A stretch of DNA of 64,000 nucleotides, from contig NC_047062.1 of assembly GCF_902459465.1 (NCBI RefSeq), positions 31,124,001-31,188,000 on the forward strand, given 5' to 3'. The notes below the pieces were generated by a model, which saw only the letters and a list, made by a program, of their open reading frames with translations, was not told where the DNA came from and ran no database searches. This DNA is from Asterias rubens. Taxonomy: Eukaryota. Shown here piece by piece: positions 1 to 12,250 of the stretch; the first letter of the stretch is position 1, and each line of letters opens with the position of its first letter. A program made the translations under genes and the position numbers.

Positions 1-880
1 AACCATAGCACAATTTTTCATAGAGTCGCTTATGACTGGTCCCCTGTTCATATCCGCAACGATAAGAACGGGTATTGGTTTTATATGTAAAAACAATATA
101 CATCGGATTCAACTGCGAATCTCCATAACCATATGAAGGCCATGTGAAATAAATGGGAGGTCAAAGGTGATTGTGAACGTAGGCTTAAAGGCAGATAGCA
201 TAATTCACGAGCCCTCGAAGTGTGACGTCAGATGTTCGGACTAATCTGCACCTTCGATGGTCTATCCAGGACCGCTGGGTCGGGCTAATCAGCTTGCACA
301 GATTCTTGTTCAGGAAGCACGTCATGCGTGCAGTTCATTCTATGGGGCAGTGTGAATGTGATGCATGATGGGACTGAGTATTTTCGGGATATACCAATGA
401 GCGTGCTTGATACGTTTTCCCATCCCCAAGCCATGCAGCCTCGCTACCATGGGCATCGCGCCGTATCGATACCTCTCGTCACTCGTTATGATCAAGCAAG
501 GTATGCTGGGGAAAAAATGTCGCGGTGAAATCGATCACCCCTGGGTACGAGGTTGCATCCAAGCGCCTTTGGCTAAGGCAGGGCACTTGGGCCGAGCGAA
601 ATCCGCAACCTTCCTATTGACCCGGCGAGGGCGCCCTACTCAAATGACGTCACATGCATAATTATTTGAATAACCAATCAACCACAACTACACGTACAGG
701 TTTAATGCGCACAATATACAATGTACATCATAATTTGTATCAACTCAATACATAACTGCTCCTCTGTAAATAAGTTTTTTAAAACCATCAGCAAACGTAA
801 TTCTCCATAAAGTTCGTGCCGCCCAACGAGGCGCGAAACTTGCTATATACACGTGATCATCGCGTCATTCATAAGAGATG

Positions 881-1024
881 GATTGCACATGACGTCATTG
901 ACCGCCATCTTTGATGAAACATGCACGCGTGAAAGGCTGTCATTAGCTGAGAGTTGTGCACAGCGCATGTACTTTTCCATTGTATATCATCAAAATATGG
1001 CGGTCGATGACGCTATGTGCAATC
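881..1024. mobile_element. Hairpin MITE
   Basis: gattgcacatgacgtcattgaccgccat ... atggcggtcgatgacgctatgtgcaatc inverted arms. Confidence 0.65.
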
Positions 1025-2023
1025 AATTATAACTGTTCATAATAAATTACACAATAAATGTCTCTCAATGGTTAAAGTTAAAGGTATTATACACTTCATA
1101 ATAAGGAATTTGACAATTTAGAATCCATGTATACTATACATTAGTCATACAGTAACCATTATTATATTATATGTAACTTGATTCGATTGTTTATAAACAC
1201 ATGCATGGTTTGGAATTCTGTTCTTAAATACCACCGAAGCTGAACAAATTGGAAGATTGAATGCGGTAATGAAATTATGTCACGATGAGTACCAAGCGAG
1301 CAATGTTTTCTTCTGTACATCACAGTTGCCACTGTCGTAGTGCTTTTCAAAGGGTAAATTTGTTTCTTCTAGATCGATTCAAAAACAGAAATCCATGAAA
1401 GAAATTCAGGAACGATTTTGAGGATGGCAATTCTATACAACAGAACAAAAATTGCTTCCGGTGAATTGACATCGCAGATCAAAAATAAATGCACATCTGC
1501 GCATATTTACAATGTCATGAATATTGGGGGATTTGTGCCTTTGATGATACAAGCATGGGATTTGAAACATTATGACCCGTTCCCAATGGACCCTGCATTG
1601 ATCTCCTAAATTCGATCAAAGGGCGATCAAGACCCCGAAAGGGCGATCAAAGGACGATCAACGAGAAGCAGGCTCCAATAGAAACGCGAGGGCGATCAGG
1701 ATCTGACCGTGCAATTTTGATCCTCCTCGGGTGTAGAATTAAAGCGGTATCTGGATTTTGGATTAATGGGCGATCAAAAGTCTAGTTGGGAACGCAAAGG
1801 GCGATCAGACCCCGCAATTTGCTAGCAAAACGGTGTTCTTTTGAACCCACTTCCGTTCCCAAAAAGGGGGATCAATGCGCGATCATACTCAAGTGGGAAC
1901 GTCACCATTGTCGGTGTATTGTGGTCCTTTTAATTATCTATGGTCATAGTATGTCACGAGGAAGATATTTGGCTGGAGGGCCATTGCAGATTTGTGGTTT
2001 TTAACAAAATAAAGGTAGAATAA

Positions 2024-2152
2024 GGCCGTGTCCGAAACGGCGACTTCGGCTACAGCTACGGCTAGATCGCGCGCGTCTGCCTATTCTTTAACACTGGTAG
2101 ACGCGCTGATCTAGACGTAGCTGTAGCCGAAGTCGTCGTTTCGGACACGGCC
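2024..2152. mobile_element. Hairpin MITE, PIF/Harbinger-like
   Basis: About 55-bp near-perfect arms GGCCGTGTCCGAAACGGCGACTTCGGCTACAGCTACG... / ...CGTAGCTGTAGCCGAAGTCGTCGTTTCGGACACGGCC, flanked by TAA and TCA. Confidence 0.75.
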
Positions 2153-3189
2153 TCACAAACAATTTTCGAATATTTTCAAAATGGCTGCCATTACTTTGTT
2201 TACCAAGCAATAGTTTTTGTAATGTGACAGCGACCACAGTGTAAATTTTAGCACCATAGTTTTAGCTATTTATTATCCTCCCATTCCTAGTGCACAAACT
2301 CATGTTGGAGAGATGTCTCAAATCTTCACGGCCACTCTCAAAAATCTCATCAACTTTGACCTTCGTTACAATCAATCATCGTTATACAGCTGGCCCCGTT
2401 ATTACAACCATCGTCGTTATAACGTTATAACAGTCGCCCCGTAATAACCATCCATCAAATTACCACAACTGCAAAGAAGCACCGTTCATTCACAGTACAC
2501 CGTCTTCGAGCCTGTTTACAATCTATCATCGTGACACTTATCCATCTTAATAGTCAATCATTATAAACATTCCCACTACAATTACTGTAATATAATGATA
2601 ATCGCTACAATCATTCACCATTACTGTTATTTTATGTTGTAAGGAACTAACGATCATGAATAAACATCTTTCTATCAGTGAACAATCAACCATAGTTAAA
2701 ATCATCCGTTTTTAAGATCAATCATCAATCATCGCTATAACCACTGTTACCATCAAACTTATTAACGTCACTCTCTTAATGTAAAAGAGTGAAAAAGCAC
2801 TCTTTGAAGAGCCATATGAAGGACAATTCTTTTTCGAGTAGTCTTCCACTCTGTTAGATTGAAGTTTGCATCTTTTTGTGTGATTTTTTCACTCTGTCCT
2901 GGAGTGAAACCCCGCTAAAAGAGTGAAATAACTACCACTCTTTTTGAAAAGCCGTATGGAGGACAGCTGGAAATGTAAAGAGTGGTGTTTTTCACTCTTT
3001 TACATTTAGAGAGATAGTCAATAGCGCATGTGCCATCTCAGCGCTCATTAGATCCACAACCCTTATATATCCACAACACTCATTTGATCCACCACACTCA
3101 TGCGAACCACAATGACGTCAACATAAATTTGCCGTGGAAGGTGTGGATACCAGAAAGATCAATTCCTTCACACGAACTCACCTCAACAA

Positions 3190-3419
3190 NNNNNNNNNNN
3201 NNNNNNNNNNNNNNNNNNNNNNNNNNNNNNNNNNNNNNNNNNNNNNNNNNNNNNNNNNNNNNNNNNNNNNNNNNNNNNNNNNNNNNNNNNNNNNNNNNNN
3301 NNNNNNNNNNNNNNNNNNNNNNNNNNNNNNNNNNNNNNNNNNNNNNNNNNNNNNNNNNNNNNNNNNNNNNNNNNNNNNNNNNNNNNNNNNNNNNNNNNNN
3401 NNNNNNNNNNNNNNNNNNN
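3190..3419. other. Assembly gap (230 N)
   Basis: Run of N. Confidence 1.
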
Positions 3420-5509
3420 CTGTTAGACCTTTATTTTCTCACCACTTTGCCTCTCTTTCGTCATCATCAGTATTTTACATACGATATTCCCCACTTCGTT
3501 ATTGCTACAGACGAGCTGTGTGTTGAGAGCGTTGCGAGATGGAGGGTTCAGTTATAAGTATTTGCTCAGGTGGTTGCTGGTGCTATTTTCAGTCCTTAGC
3601 ACAACCGAATGTGCAGTCTTGTATGACACCCTGACTTCTTATTGTCATTGTCGCAACCTTCTCACGGCTCTGTGGTCGACTCTCCGCAAGCACCACCTCA
3701 ACATGGCAGGGAATTCCAGAGACCTCCCATGCACCACCCAAGTCAACCATCTTTTTAAACAAATCAACCCCGCAAATCTTCACATCGACATCACGCAATA
3801 TTACTCAAACCACCGCCTTCACTTTCAACATTGGCCCATTAACAAAACCTAACCCTGAATTATATTCACGCTTTCGTACATACACTAATGGCTGGCGAAT
3901 GTCATTAGCCTTTTGAGAGTGAACACTATACAGGAGTGAACTGTTTGGTTTGGCTGTATACAGACAAATTTACCAAAACTTAAGTGCCATATTGTGTCCA
4001 CCAAAATCTCAGAACGGCTAATGAGTTCTGCATTAGCCACCATCAGTCCCGTACAATAAAAGAAACAATGTTCCCTCCTTTTACCAAGTGCCACACATTG
4101 GAATGGTCTGTTATCAACACTGGCATCACACCTGTTTTACCTCAATCAACACCATAAACAATCTACATCCTCATTGCATACCCATCCTTTCCTCTCACCG
4201 CCACTTCCCAGTCTCCCTCAACCTTAACATTTATGCGTCTTAGGGCCATGTCTTATACGAGGGTCGGTCCCACGAGGCAATTTACATGCAACCACTTCCA
4301 GGCAATCTCCATAAAAAAAGGAGCATTCATATTTCAACATTCACAGTGTGTGGATCGGAAGGCAATGTTAAAAATAACTAATGCGCTACCCTTGGAGTCA
4401 TGTCACACGTTGTAACTTAAAGGCAACCACTTTCAGCAATCTCTAAGAAGAAAAAGACTTTCGAAATTAAATGTATCATAATGGGGATCACAACACATTG
4501 TTTGACAATTTATCAATCATGCCAAAGTGGTCCTGGGGTCGATTTCACAAAGATAGTGCTAACATAGGACTAGTCCCAGTAGTAGTCAACAAACTCAAGG
4601 CTAGCCCTATCTTAGGCTAATACGAAATATTTTAACTCTTTGTGAATCCACTCATGTAGCATGCATTGCCTCCAAGTTGCCCGCAGTGAGTGACACGGCC
4701 CTTAGCTTGCATCATTCACGTATCTCGTGTTACTCTCCCATCCTCCCCCTTCCTCACAAAAGACGGACCCTGCCCATCTCTCAAACACACGGCTGTCCAC
4801 CTTACTTCTTCCAGTAACCTACTCGCTACTCGTTCACCAATATCACCACCGTAAAAGATTTGGCATACAGTAAATACCATTGAGAGAAGGTATACGTTTA
4901 TGGCAATAAACACTCACTTACTTAGAAGTACAACAGCTTTCGATAGTATCAAGCTTACTGAATATAATTTCACATCGAATTAATGTGGTTATGGAAAAAC
5001 GATATCCGTTTTTATCCCCAAAAAATCTGAGAATCGTTACTGTCAGATATGTTTCTCAGAGTGTGTTCTTCCTGCGCGGACATAACGCTCCGGATTTTCG
5101 GTAATGTCTCTAATATAAGACCACCTTTTGAATGAGATTTCCTCGGTTCAAAATACCATATACCTTCCCTTTAAGAACACTTTCCCGGAACTAAATATTG
5201 ATGCGACGATGAAAACTTCACGCAGTGTTGTGTCAGCGATGCATTAGTGTCAGTGTGTAGCACACTCGCCTTGAGTCAAAGATGTTACAGAGTTGGTAGA
5301 GCTGACAGAATAAAAATGAGATTTTGACCCAAATTGTTGGTCAGTTCGACCCATTTCTGGATCATTGAAAACAAAATTGTTGATCTAATTCGTTGTTTCT
5401 CTAAGAACACATAGCCTCTGTGAGGTCGCCAAATATCTTTCTTCTGACATACACATTGACTGTGTGCTAAATTCCATGCTTGTATCATCACAGGCACAAT
5501 CTCATCACC

Positions 5510-5896
5510 TTAAAGACACTGGACACTAATTGCAATTGTCAAAGACCAGTCTTCTCACTTGGTGTATCTCAACATATGCATAAAATACCAAACCTGTGAA
5601 AATTTGAGCTCGATTGGTCGTCGGAGTTGCGAGATAACTATGAAAGAAAAAACACCCTTGTCACACGAAGTTGTGTGTTTTCAGATGCTTGATTTCGAGA
5701 CCTCAAATTCTAAACTTGAGGTCTCGAAATCAAATTCGTGGACAAATTACTTCTTTCTCGAAAACTATGTCACTTCAGAGGGAGCCGTATATCACAATTT
5801 GTTATACTATCAACAGCTCCCCATTACTCGTCACCAAGTAAGGTTTTATGCAAATAATTATTTTGAGTAATTACCAATAGTGTCCACTGCCTTTAA
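5510..5896 (+). mobile_element. Non-autonomous TTAA-TSD DNA transposon, family A (Kolobok-type), full copy
   Basis: TTAA|AGACACTGGACACTA ... TAGTGTCCACTGCCT|TTAA. About 24-bp TIR, AG...CT termini, internal hairpin ttgatttcgagacctc...gaggtctcgaaatcaa. A TTAA TSD with RR...YY ends fits Kolobok rather than piggyBac. Confidence 0.85.
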
Positions 5897-6517
5897 CTTC
5901 CGTACAATAACTGCCGTTTTTATGATTCACTATGATGTATCCTACAACCATGAATGATACCTTTTTATAGTTATAGGATAGCATGCAAACAAACATGTGT
6001 ACCGTAAAATGGCTGTGGCATATTAATAATGTCTACGTGAACCAGGATTGATTTTGAAAGCACGGTGTCAGTAAGTGTGAGACTGTCTTGACTGTCCACC
6101 CTCCCCCATCCTGGCCCACCCATCCCGCTTCTAGCTCCCTGTAAATTAATTATAGCTACATGTTAAAAATCAACGCCATTTTGGAAATCCTTTTTACGGC
6201 AGACTTTTACATGACTTTAACAAAAAATGAGAAACCCTCCTAGACGAAATTTGAAACTTCCCACTTAGAATGGAGTCGTCACCAATTTAGAACTGGAGTG
6301 GAATAATCGATCTATAGTCTCCGCTCCAGTCGACGTGTCAAAAAATAAAAAGGGCGCCTCTTATTTTGATGGGCTTTTTATATTGAGTTTACACTGAGTG
6401 TCCAATTTTAAGCAATCAGTCACAGAATCAAATCGAAGACTATGTTGCTAGGGGGAGCCATTGTAACGGAGAGCCCCTCCACCCTCCATTACTGCACTGG
6501 ACATAATACCATTCTCT

Positions 6518-6710
6518 TTAAAGGCACTATAGACCAGTATTCTCACTTGGTGTGTCCCAACATAGTTATGCCTAAAGTAACACACTTTTTGAAATTTGGG
6601 TTCAGTTGGTCGTTGAAGTTGCAATAAAAAAATAAAAAAAATAAAACCTTGTTCTCATTATGTATTATACTATCTGAAGCTGCTGTACTTCTTATCAAGT
6701 AAGTTTTTAT
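6518..6710 (+). mobile_element. Family A-related element, diverged fragment
   Basis: ttaaaggcac...agaccagtattctcacttggtgtgtcccaaca...ttggtcgttgaagttgc aligns to the 5' part of family A. Confidence 0.6.
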
Positions 6711-7115
6711 TGCCACTCATTTTCAGAGTCATTACAAAGCTTGTACTACAGACCCATTAAGATAAAACTTAAATGGGTGCCGCGGGAATATGTGTTGTCA
6801 ATCTATGAAATCAAGCTCAACCTATAGCTGAAGACTAATCAAAAAGTAATGCACCAAAACCATCTTGTGACCAAGACTACACTTGTCAGAGACGTTCACC
6901 CCACCCTAACTGAATTTTCTTATTTTATTTCATCTTATTATCAATTTTTATTTTAGAATGACCTCTCAAAATGTCAACCTGGACTTGCTTTAAATTAGCC
7001 TCTCCCCTATCCCTCTCTCTCCCTTCCTCGATCTATGATTATCTCTCTACATACAACCCCCCAAAAACTCGATGGCATAATTTCATAGACAGCTATAAGC
7101 GCAACAAAACATTGG

Positions 7116-7495
7116 TTAAAAACACTGTAAACTATATTGGTAACCGTCAAAGACCAATCTTCTCACTTTGTGTATCCCAGCATACGCACAAAATAACAAA
7201 CCTGTGAAAATTTGAGCTCAATTGGTCGTCGAAGTTGCGAGATAATAATGAAAGAAAAAACACCCTTGTCGACGAAGTTGTGTGCTTTTAGATGCTTGAT
7301 CTCGTGACCTCAAATTCTAAATCTGAGATCTCTAAATCAAATTCGTGGAAAATTACCTCTTTTTCGAAAACTACGTTGTAAGAGGGAGTCGTTTCTCACA
7401 ATGTTTTATACTATCAACCTCTCCCTATTACTCGTTACCAAGTAAGAATTTATGCTAATATTTATTTTGAGTAAATACCAATAGTGTCCACTGCC
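7116..7495 (+). mobile_element. Family A Kolobok-type element, near-full copy
   Basis: Aligns along its length to 5510-5896, with degenerate ends. Confidence 0.85.
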
Positions 7496-7999
7496 GTGAA
7501 TACCAGAATAATGTGACCAGCCAAAATACCATATCACACAGTACATGCATCCTGCTTATTTTTTTGCCCATGTAGCAGAATCAAAAATTTAAGCAGTGTT
7601 TTGTTTCCATGCTTTAAACAGCTCTTCGAAAATGGGGCCATATTGCTCTTCTCTAAAAGGAATCTCCGTTTGATGTATGGCATAAATCTCACACAGATTT
7701 CGTTTTGTCAAAGTGGACGTTCAACGATTTATGCACACTTTACAACGGGTTGCTATACTGTTGCGATTGATATAGTATGCCTACATGTACACCCCCATAC
7801 AGACAATAACAGTTAAGGGATCAATGTACAGGAGTTATAAACAATTATACGTTTACAAATTTACAATCGGTGATCTTTGTACTAAGTTTTTCATGATTTA
7901 TGGATGCATTATTGAGGTATTGTATTTTTGTGCACTGTGGGTTTTATAGAGGTTATGACGATTATTGTTAAGGGTAACCGAGATCTCAGATAATCCAGC

Positions 8000-8500
8000 T
8001 TAAAGGGAAAGTATACGTTTGGTTATCACTCTTAAAATTACTGACAGTAAAAGCTATTGGTTATAGACGCCTATACAACAGGTTTTGGTAGAAGACAGCA
8101 TTTTGGAGAACATTTCACTTCGAAGTAATATGGTTATGGAGAATCAGAGAACAATTTCCCTTGTATAGCACAGCAAAACGCTACAAACAACAAAATGTAT
8201 CAATTGCTACTAAACAATCACCATTTGCTTCTCAATATTATTAGCAGTCAGTGTGCACACAACTTTTCAGTCTAAAACTTTGCCGTGCAATTTATGCTGG
8301 ACGAAATCGTCCCATGAAAAAGATATCAGTTGTGATGCCCTAAAATTTGAATCGGAGAAGCGTTCCCGCAGTAACGCTTCCCAGATTGTGTTCTCCTTTT
8401 AAGAGATTATTCTTCTCGCGTGGACACAACCGCTCTTGATTTTCGGCGATTTCTCAAAAACCTGACCACCTTTTGAAATGAATTTTTCAAATGCATCAAT
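8000..8500. mobile_element. Family C Kolobok-type copy (right end approximate)
   Basis: Same left end as 38129; 3' part aligns with 5030-5174. Confidence 0.6.
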
Positions 8501-9722
8501 GTATTGTTTTATATCTACACATGAAAATAGACCATGTGAACTTTGTTTACAATATAAGTGTAACCTTGTACATTTTTTGAGTATTCTGGCAGATAAGATA
8601 CTACACTGGTCCTATGGGAAAGTTGACAATGTGTGTCATGATTTCCACATAAAACCAGGAGTTGTGGAAGTAAAAACTGTACAAGTTTTGAGATGTGCCC
8701 CCTTTCATCATATAACAAGTTCATAAGAGTTAGACAGTGCAATCTCCATAAAATATAAGATTTGATGTTTTCTTCCATTGGGCTGTGTACAAATCGTGCA
8801 TGCAGGAAGTCCAGGCTCTGTGGCTCTTTTGTAAACATGATTGTTATATCAGAGGTCACATCGTCTATAGGTCCCGGATTAAAACCAAAAGTATACGATG
8901 CCCTTTAACGAACACATAATCATTACTGCATTAATAATTTGTGTGTATTCGTTCACTCTAAAAAATAAAAATAAAAATAGGGGTCCGAATGCCCCGGTCC
9001 AATGGGCTTGACCCATTTCTGGGTCAGGCTGACCCTGAAACGGATTAAAACAACTAGGATTTTAACTCAGATTCTACGTCAGCAATATTGATATGAACCT
9101 CTGATCATAATTGATATCAAGCAAACACACATCATGCAGCCATTACACAACCTAAAATCATATAAAGTACCGTCATCGTAATATGAACTGACAAGACAGT
9201 TTTGTCATGCATAAAATGGTTTGTCAGATTTTGTGTACAATAATCAACAATTTTAAAAGCCGTTTTCATTAAAAAGCTACATTCGGGGCTCAATTACGTA
9301 TACTGAGTGTTACATGGCTTTATGGTATTTGCACACTTAGGAAAATTGTCAGTATATAGGTAGGAACACTGAAATATAAATTCTTACTGAATAATGAGTC
9401 ACACTTTCTTTATAAAAAAACTGCTAAGTATAACTGAAGACATTATGTAAAACTGCATGTACTTAAAATTCTGGAGGTATACGGAAGACCATAAGGCAGA
9501 GAACGTATGAACGGTGTACACAATGCAGAAAGTGCACTCAGTTGCCACATGAAAACTGACGGCTAAGTAAACTGAATAGAAAGTAGTTATAACTGCAGGT
9601 ACAGTGAAACAGCAATTTGTTACAGTACTGCGGATAAACTGATGACAAAATACCAGAACGAAGTAAACACAAGATTAAAACATTTGCATCTACCGGCACT
9701 TTTTTTCTGGTGTCAACACCAG

Positions 9723-9967
9723 GGCCCAATTTCATAGAGCTGCTTAAGCACAAAATTTTGCTTACGCACAAATTTCATTGCTTAGTAAAATCAGATTACC
9801 GGCCAAGACTCCACTCATTTATTGTTATGCTAAGGAGACAACAGCTAAATACTAGTCATAAGCAATGTATATGGCATGAAATCTTGGCCAGTAACATGTG
9901 TAAAATAAGCGAGCTATTTTCGTGCTTAAGCAATTTTTTTGCTTAAGCAGCTCTATGAAATTGGCCC
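9723..9967. mobile_element. Harbinger-type MITE with CWG TSD (GGCCCAATTTCATA family); relatives at 21669-21900, 46493-46945 (two adjacent), 48197-48369, ~40885-41010
   Basis: CAG|GGCCCAATTTCATAGAGCTGCTTAAGCA ... TGCTTAAGCAGCTCTATGAAATTGGCCC|CAG. The copy at 48197-48369 is flanked by CTG/CTG. Confidence 0.8.
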
Positions 9968-10624
9968 CAGTATTTTAACCATACCCAGTAACACTAACAA
10001 AGGTGAAGTATTTCTGCAGAGGCAAGCTAAAACTGCAGGATAGGCATACGGTAAGGGGTAAACCGTTAAGCTAAATGAAAACAACTTTTGGGTGTTCAGT
10101 GAAACTGCAGATAAAGAAATATTGATAGAAAACTATTACTGTTGACGCAGTAAATCTGTTATTGTTTCAGATAAAATCCTGGTACAAAACACCCGCAGAT
10201 GCTTCACAACTTCAATAATGATGATGAAACACACGCAAAATGACTGATTCTTGATTGATCACCATGGCTAACAAGATGCACTTTACCGTTATAAACACGT
10301 AAGTAGACGCCTGGGTACTAAACTGTCTCGGGAATCGGGCATGACATACCCTAGTTCTGGTGACTAATGAGAAAGGATTCAGTTACTGCACGTTTCACGT
10401 ATAATTTTTACCGTACAAGACGATCCATCAAGTCAAAAAACATGGATCAGTATTCCTGATAGGGTTGCGTTACATATGTTATGCCGTATGTACAAGATTA
10501 TAAGTTGCCATATGGTCGAATACAATTCCTGTGTATTGCGAGTAAAGTAGGAGGGTTGCACTTGTACAAAGTAAGGACAAGTTCGAGAAGCGACCGTAGT
10601 TTCAAGGTTACCTATGCATGCACT

Positions 10625-10801
10625 CAGGCCTGATACTTCCTGGACGGGCAACGAAGGCAATTGTCTCCATGCCCCTGGTCATTGCCTTGGTGCCCTTGAA
10701 ATGCTCCAGTAGAAATTTACGATTTCCTCATAGGGTGCCCTTTGCCAAGGAGAAAATGCCTCGGTGCCCTTGCCCTTTCAAAAACGAAGCATTCAGGCCT
10801 G
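10625..10801 (+). mobile_element. CAGGCCTG-ended MITE family; copies at 23751-23869, 43123-43300, 46978-47100 (-), 61958-62107 (-)
   Basis: Shared core gccttggtgcccttgaaatgctccagtagaaattt...ggtgccctttaccaaggagaaaatgcc in five places; short CAGG...CCTG ends. Superfamily not assigned. Confidence 0.75.
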
Positions 10802-12250
10802 TGCATTACACGTACCAGGCAAAATCGCCAAATGCTAAACAAATATTCAAAAAATATGTTGAAGTTGTTGGACACAAAAAACCAATCAGGTCTAGTTTGG
10901 TGACAACACCTGTCAGCATGCTGTGACGATTGGATGTTTTGCTAATAATCGGCCGTCCATGCCAGCCTGCTCGGTTTGTTTGTCAACAACAGACAGGAAT
11001 AATTAGTATGCATTGTTGGGCATAATCTTTGCTTGTGCAATTAGAAAGGCTCATTAAAAAGCTTTTGTTTTGAAATGAGTTTGCAAACAATGGCCCGGCA
11101 TTTCAAACCTAGCAGAATCTTTTTTATATATGATTGGAAAGATAATGTAAAAGTAGAATAATGATTCACATAATTTATATCCCTTAAATTTGAGGGTTTT
11201 TTTTCATTTTTTTTTTCATGACAGAACATAGTCCGCTACTTTGTCAAACCCATTTTTTTTACTCAACAATGGCGGACCGTATATAATCCGCTGATGAGTG
11301 TATTTCAAGAGGCAATTATTTCTTCATCATGGTGCAGCCATCTTGAATTTCTCCCATTGATATCAATGTTACCAAACCGAGGCTGGAAGAATAAATAGTC
11401 GTGTTCCTATTTGCAAAATGATAAATAGCATTCATTATTGTTATTCAATACGAGGAACATGACCAAGATGGAGGCAGTATGATAACGGTATATTCTCTTT
11501 AAATCACTACTCAATAATAACAACAGACTGACTGTGTTCGTGCAAAACTCTTTAAAGTGATAAGGTGGTATAATTCCTAGCAGCAAAGGTGTTAGACATT
11601 TTGAAGTAGTGTGCCAATCTAAAGCCTATTTAAAGAGATCGAAAGGGTGATTTTACCAGGGAGTTAAAATTTCGTGTGACGAAGATTACTTTCCCATCTG
11701 GTTGAGTCCTATGATGGACTCACTTTAAAAAAAAACACCAATGATATCCAAATAAAAAGCTCTCTGGAACAACAACAAAAACACCTTTAAAAAAATCCTT
11801 GGAAGGCTTCGGTTAATTACATATTTACAATATTGTTTCGTCTGAGAAAAATAACTTCAGCTGTATTTTGTGGTTGAAGAGGGGTTATCACTGTCCTTAA
11901 TCAACCTCTAGTGATATTGGTATTACTTTGATATTTGTCAGAAATTTCAACTCTCTCTACCAATTAATTTGAGACATCGATAGCCAAGGTGGTGTTTGGA
12001 AGACACCAAAATCGTATAGTAATAAATCAATGTTTAAGATCCCATTGGTTATTAATCTTATCATAGACCACATCTTACATAATAGACAATTATTAGAATA
12101 TTCATTTCTTAAACTTGATAATTTGAAGAAACCTTTTACTAATACATCGTTGTCATTGGAACAGTTGATCGTATCATAGCTTTGTAATCATATTTGCCAT
12201 TCAAACCAGCCACTGATATACTTTCACTTCTAAATTTCCATTCTATGATT

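Noticed and set aside
314-500. Possible exon (ttgttcag|...caag|gtatgc) with one open frame
   Set aside because: No partner exons or recognisable protein, and it lies in probable repeat-derived sequence.
3420-4270. ORFs 3502-3852 and 3589-3798 as a possible retroelement remnant
   Set aside because: No RT, endonuclease or integrase motif could be recognised; left unassigned.
5559-5870. Recurrent ORFs such as [22 protein letters not shown] (also at 16838, 47613, 50012, 54634, 61443, 63727)
   Set aside because: Chance open frames in the non-coding family A element; frames break differently in each copy and there are no transposase motifs.
9300-10200. Recurrent aaactg(ca) motifs
   Set aside because: No stable period; treated as decayed low-complexity sequence.
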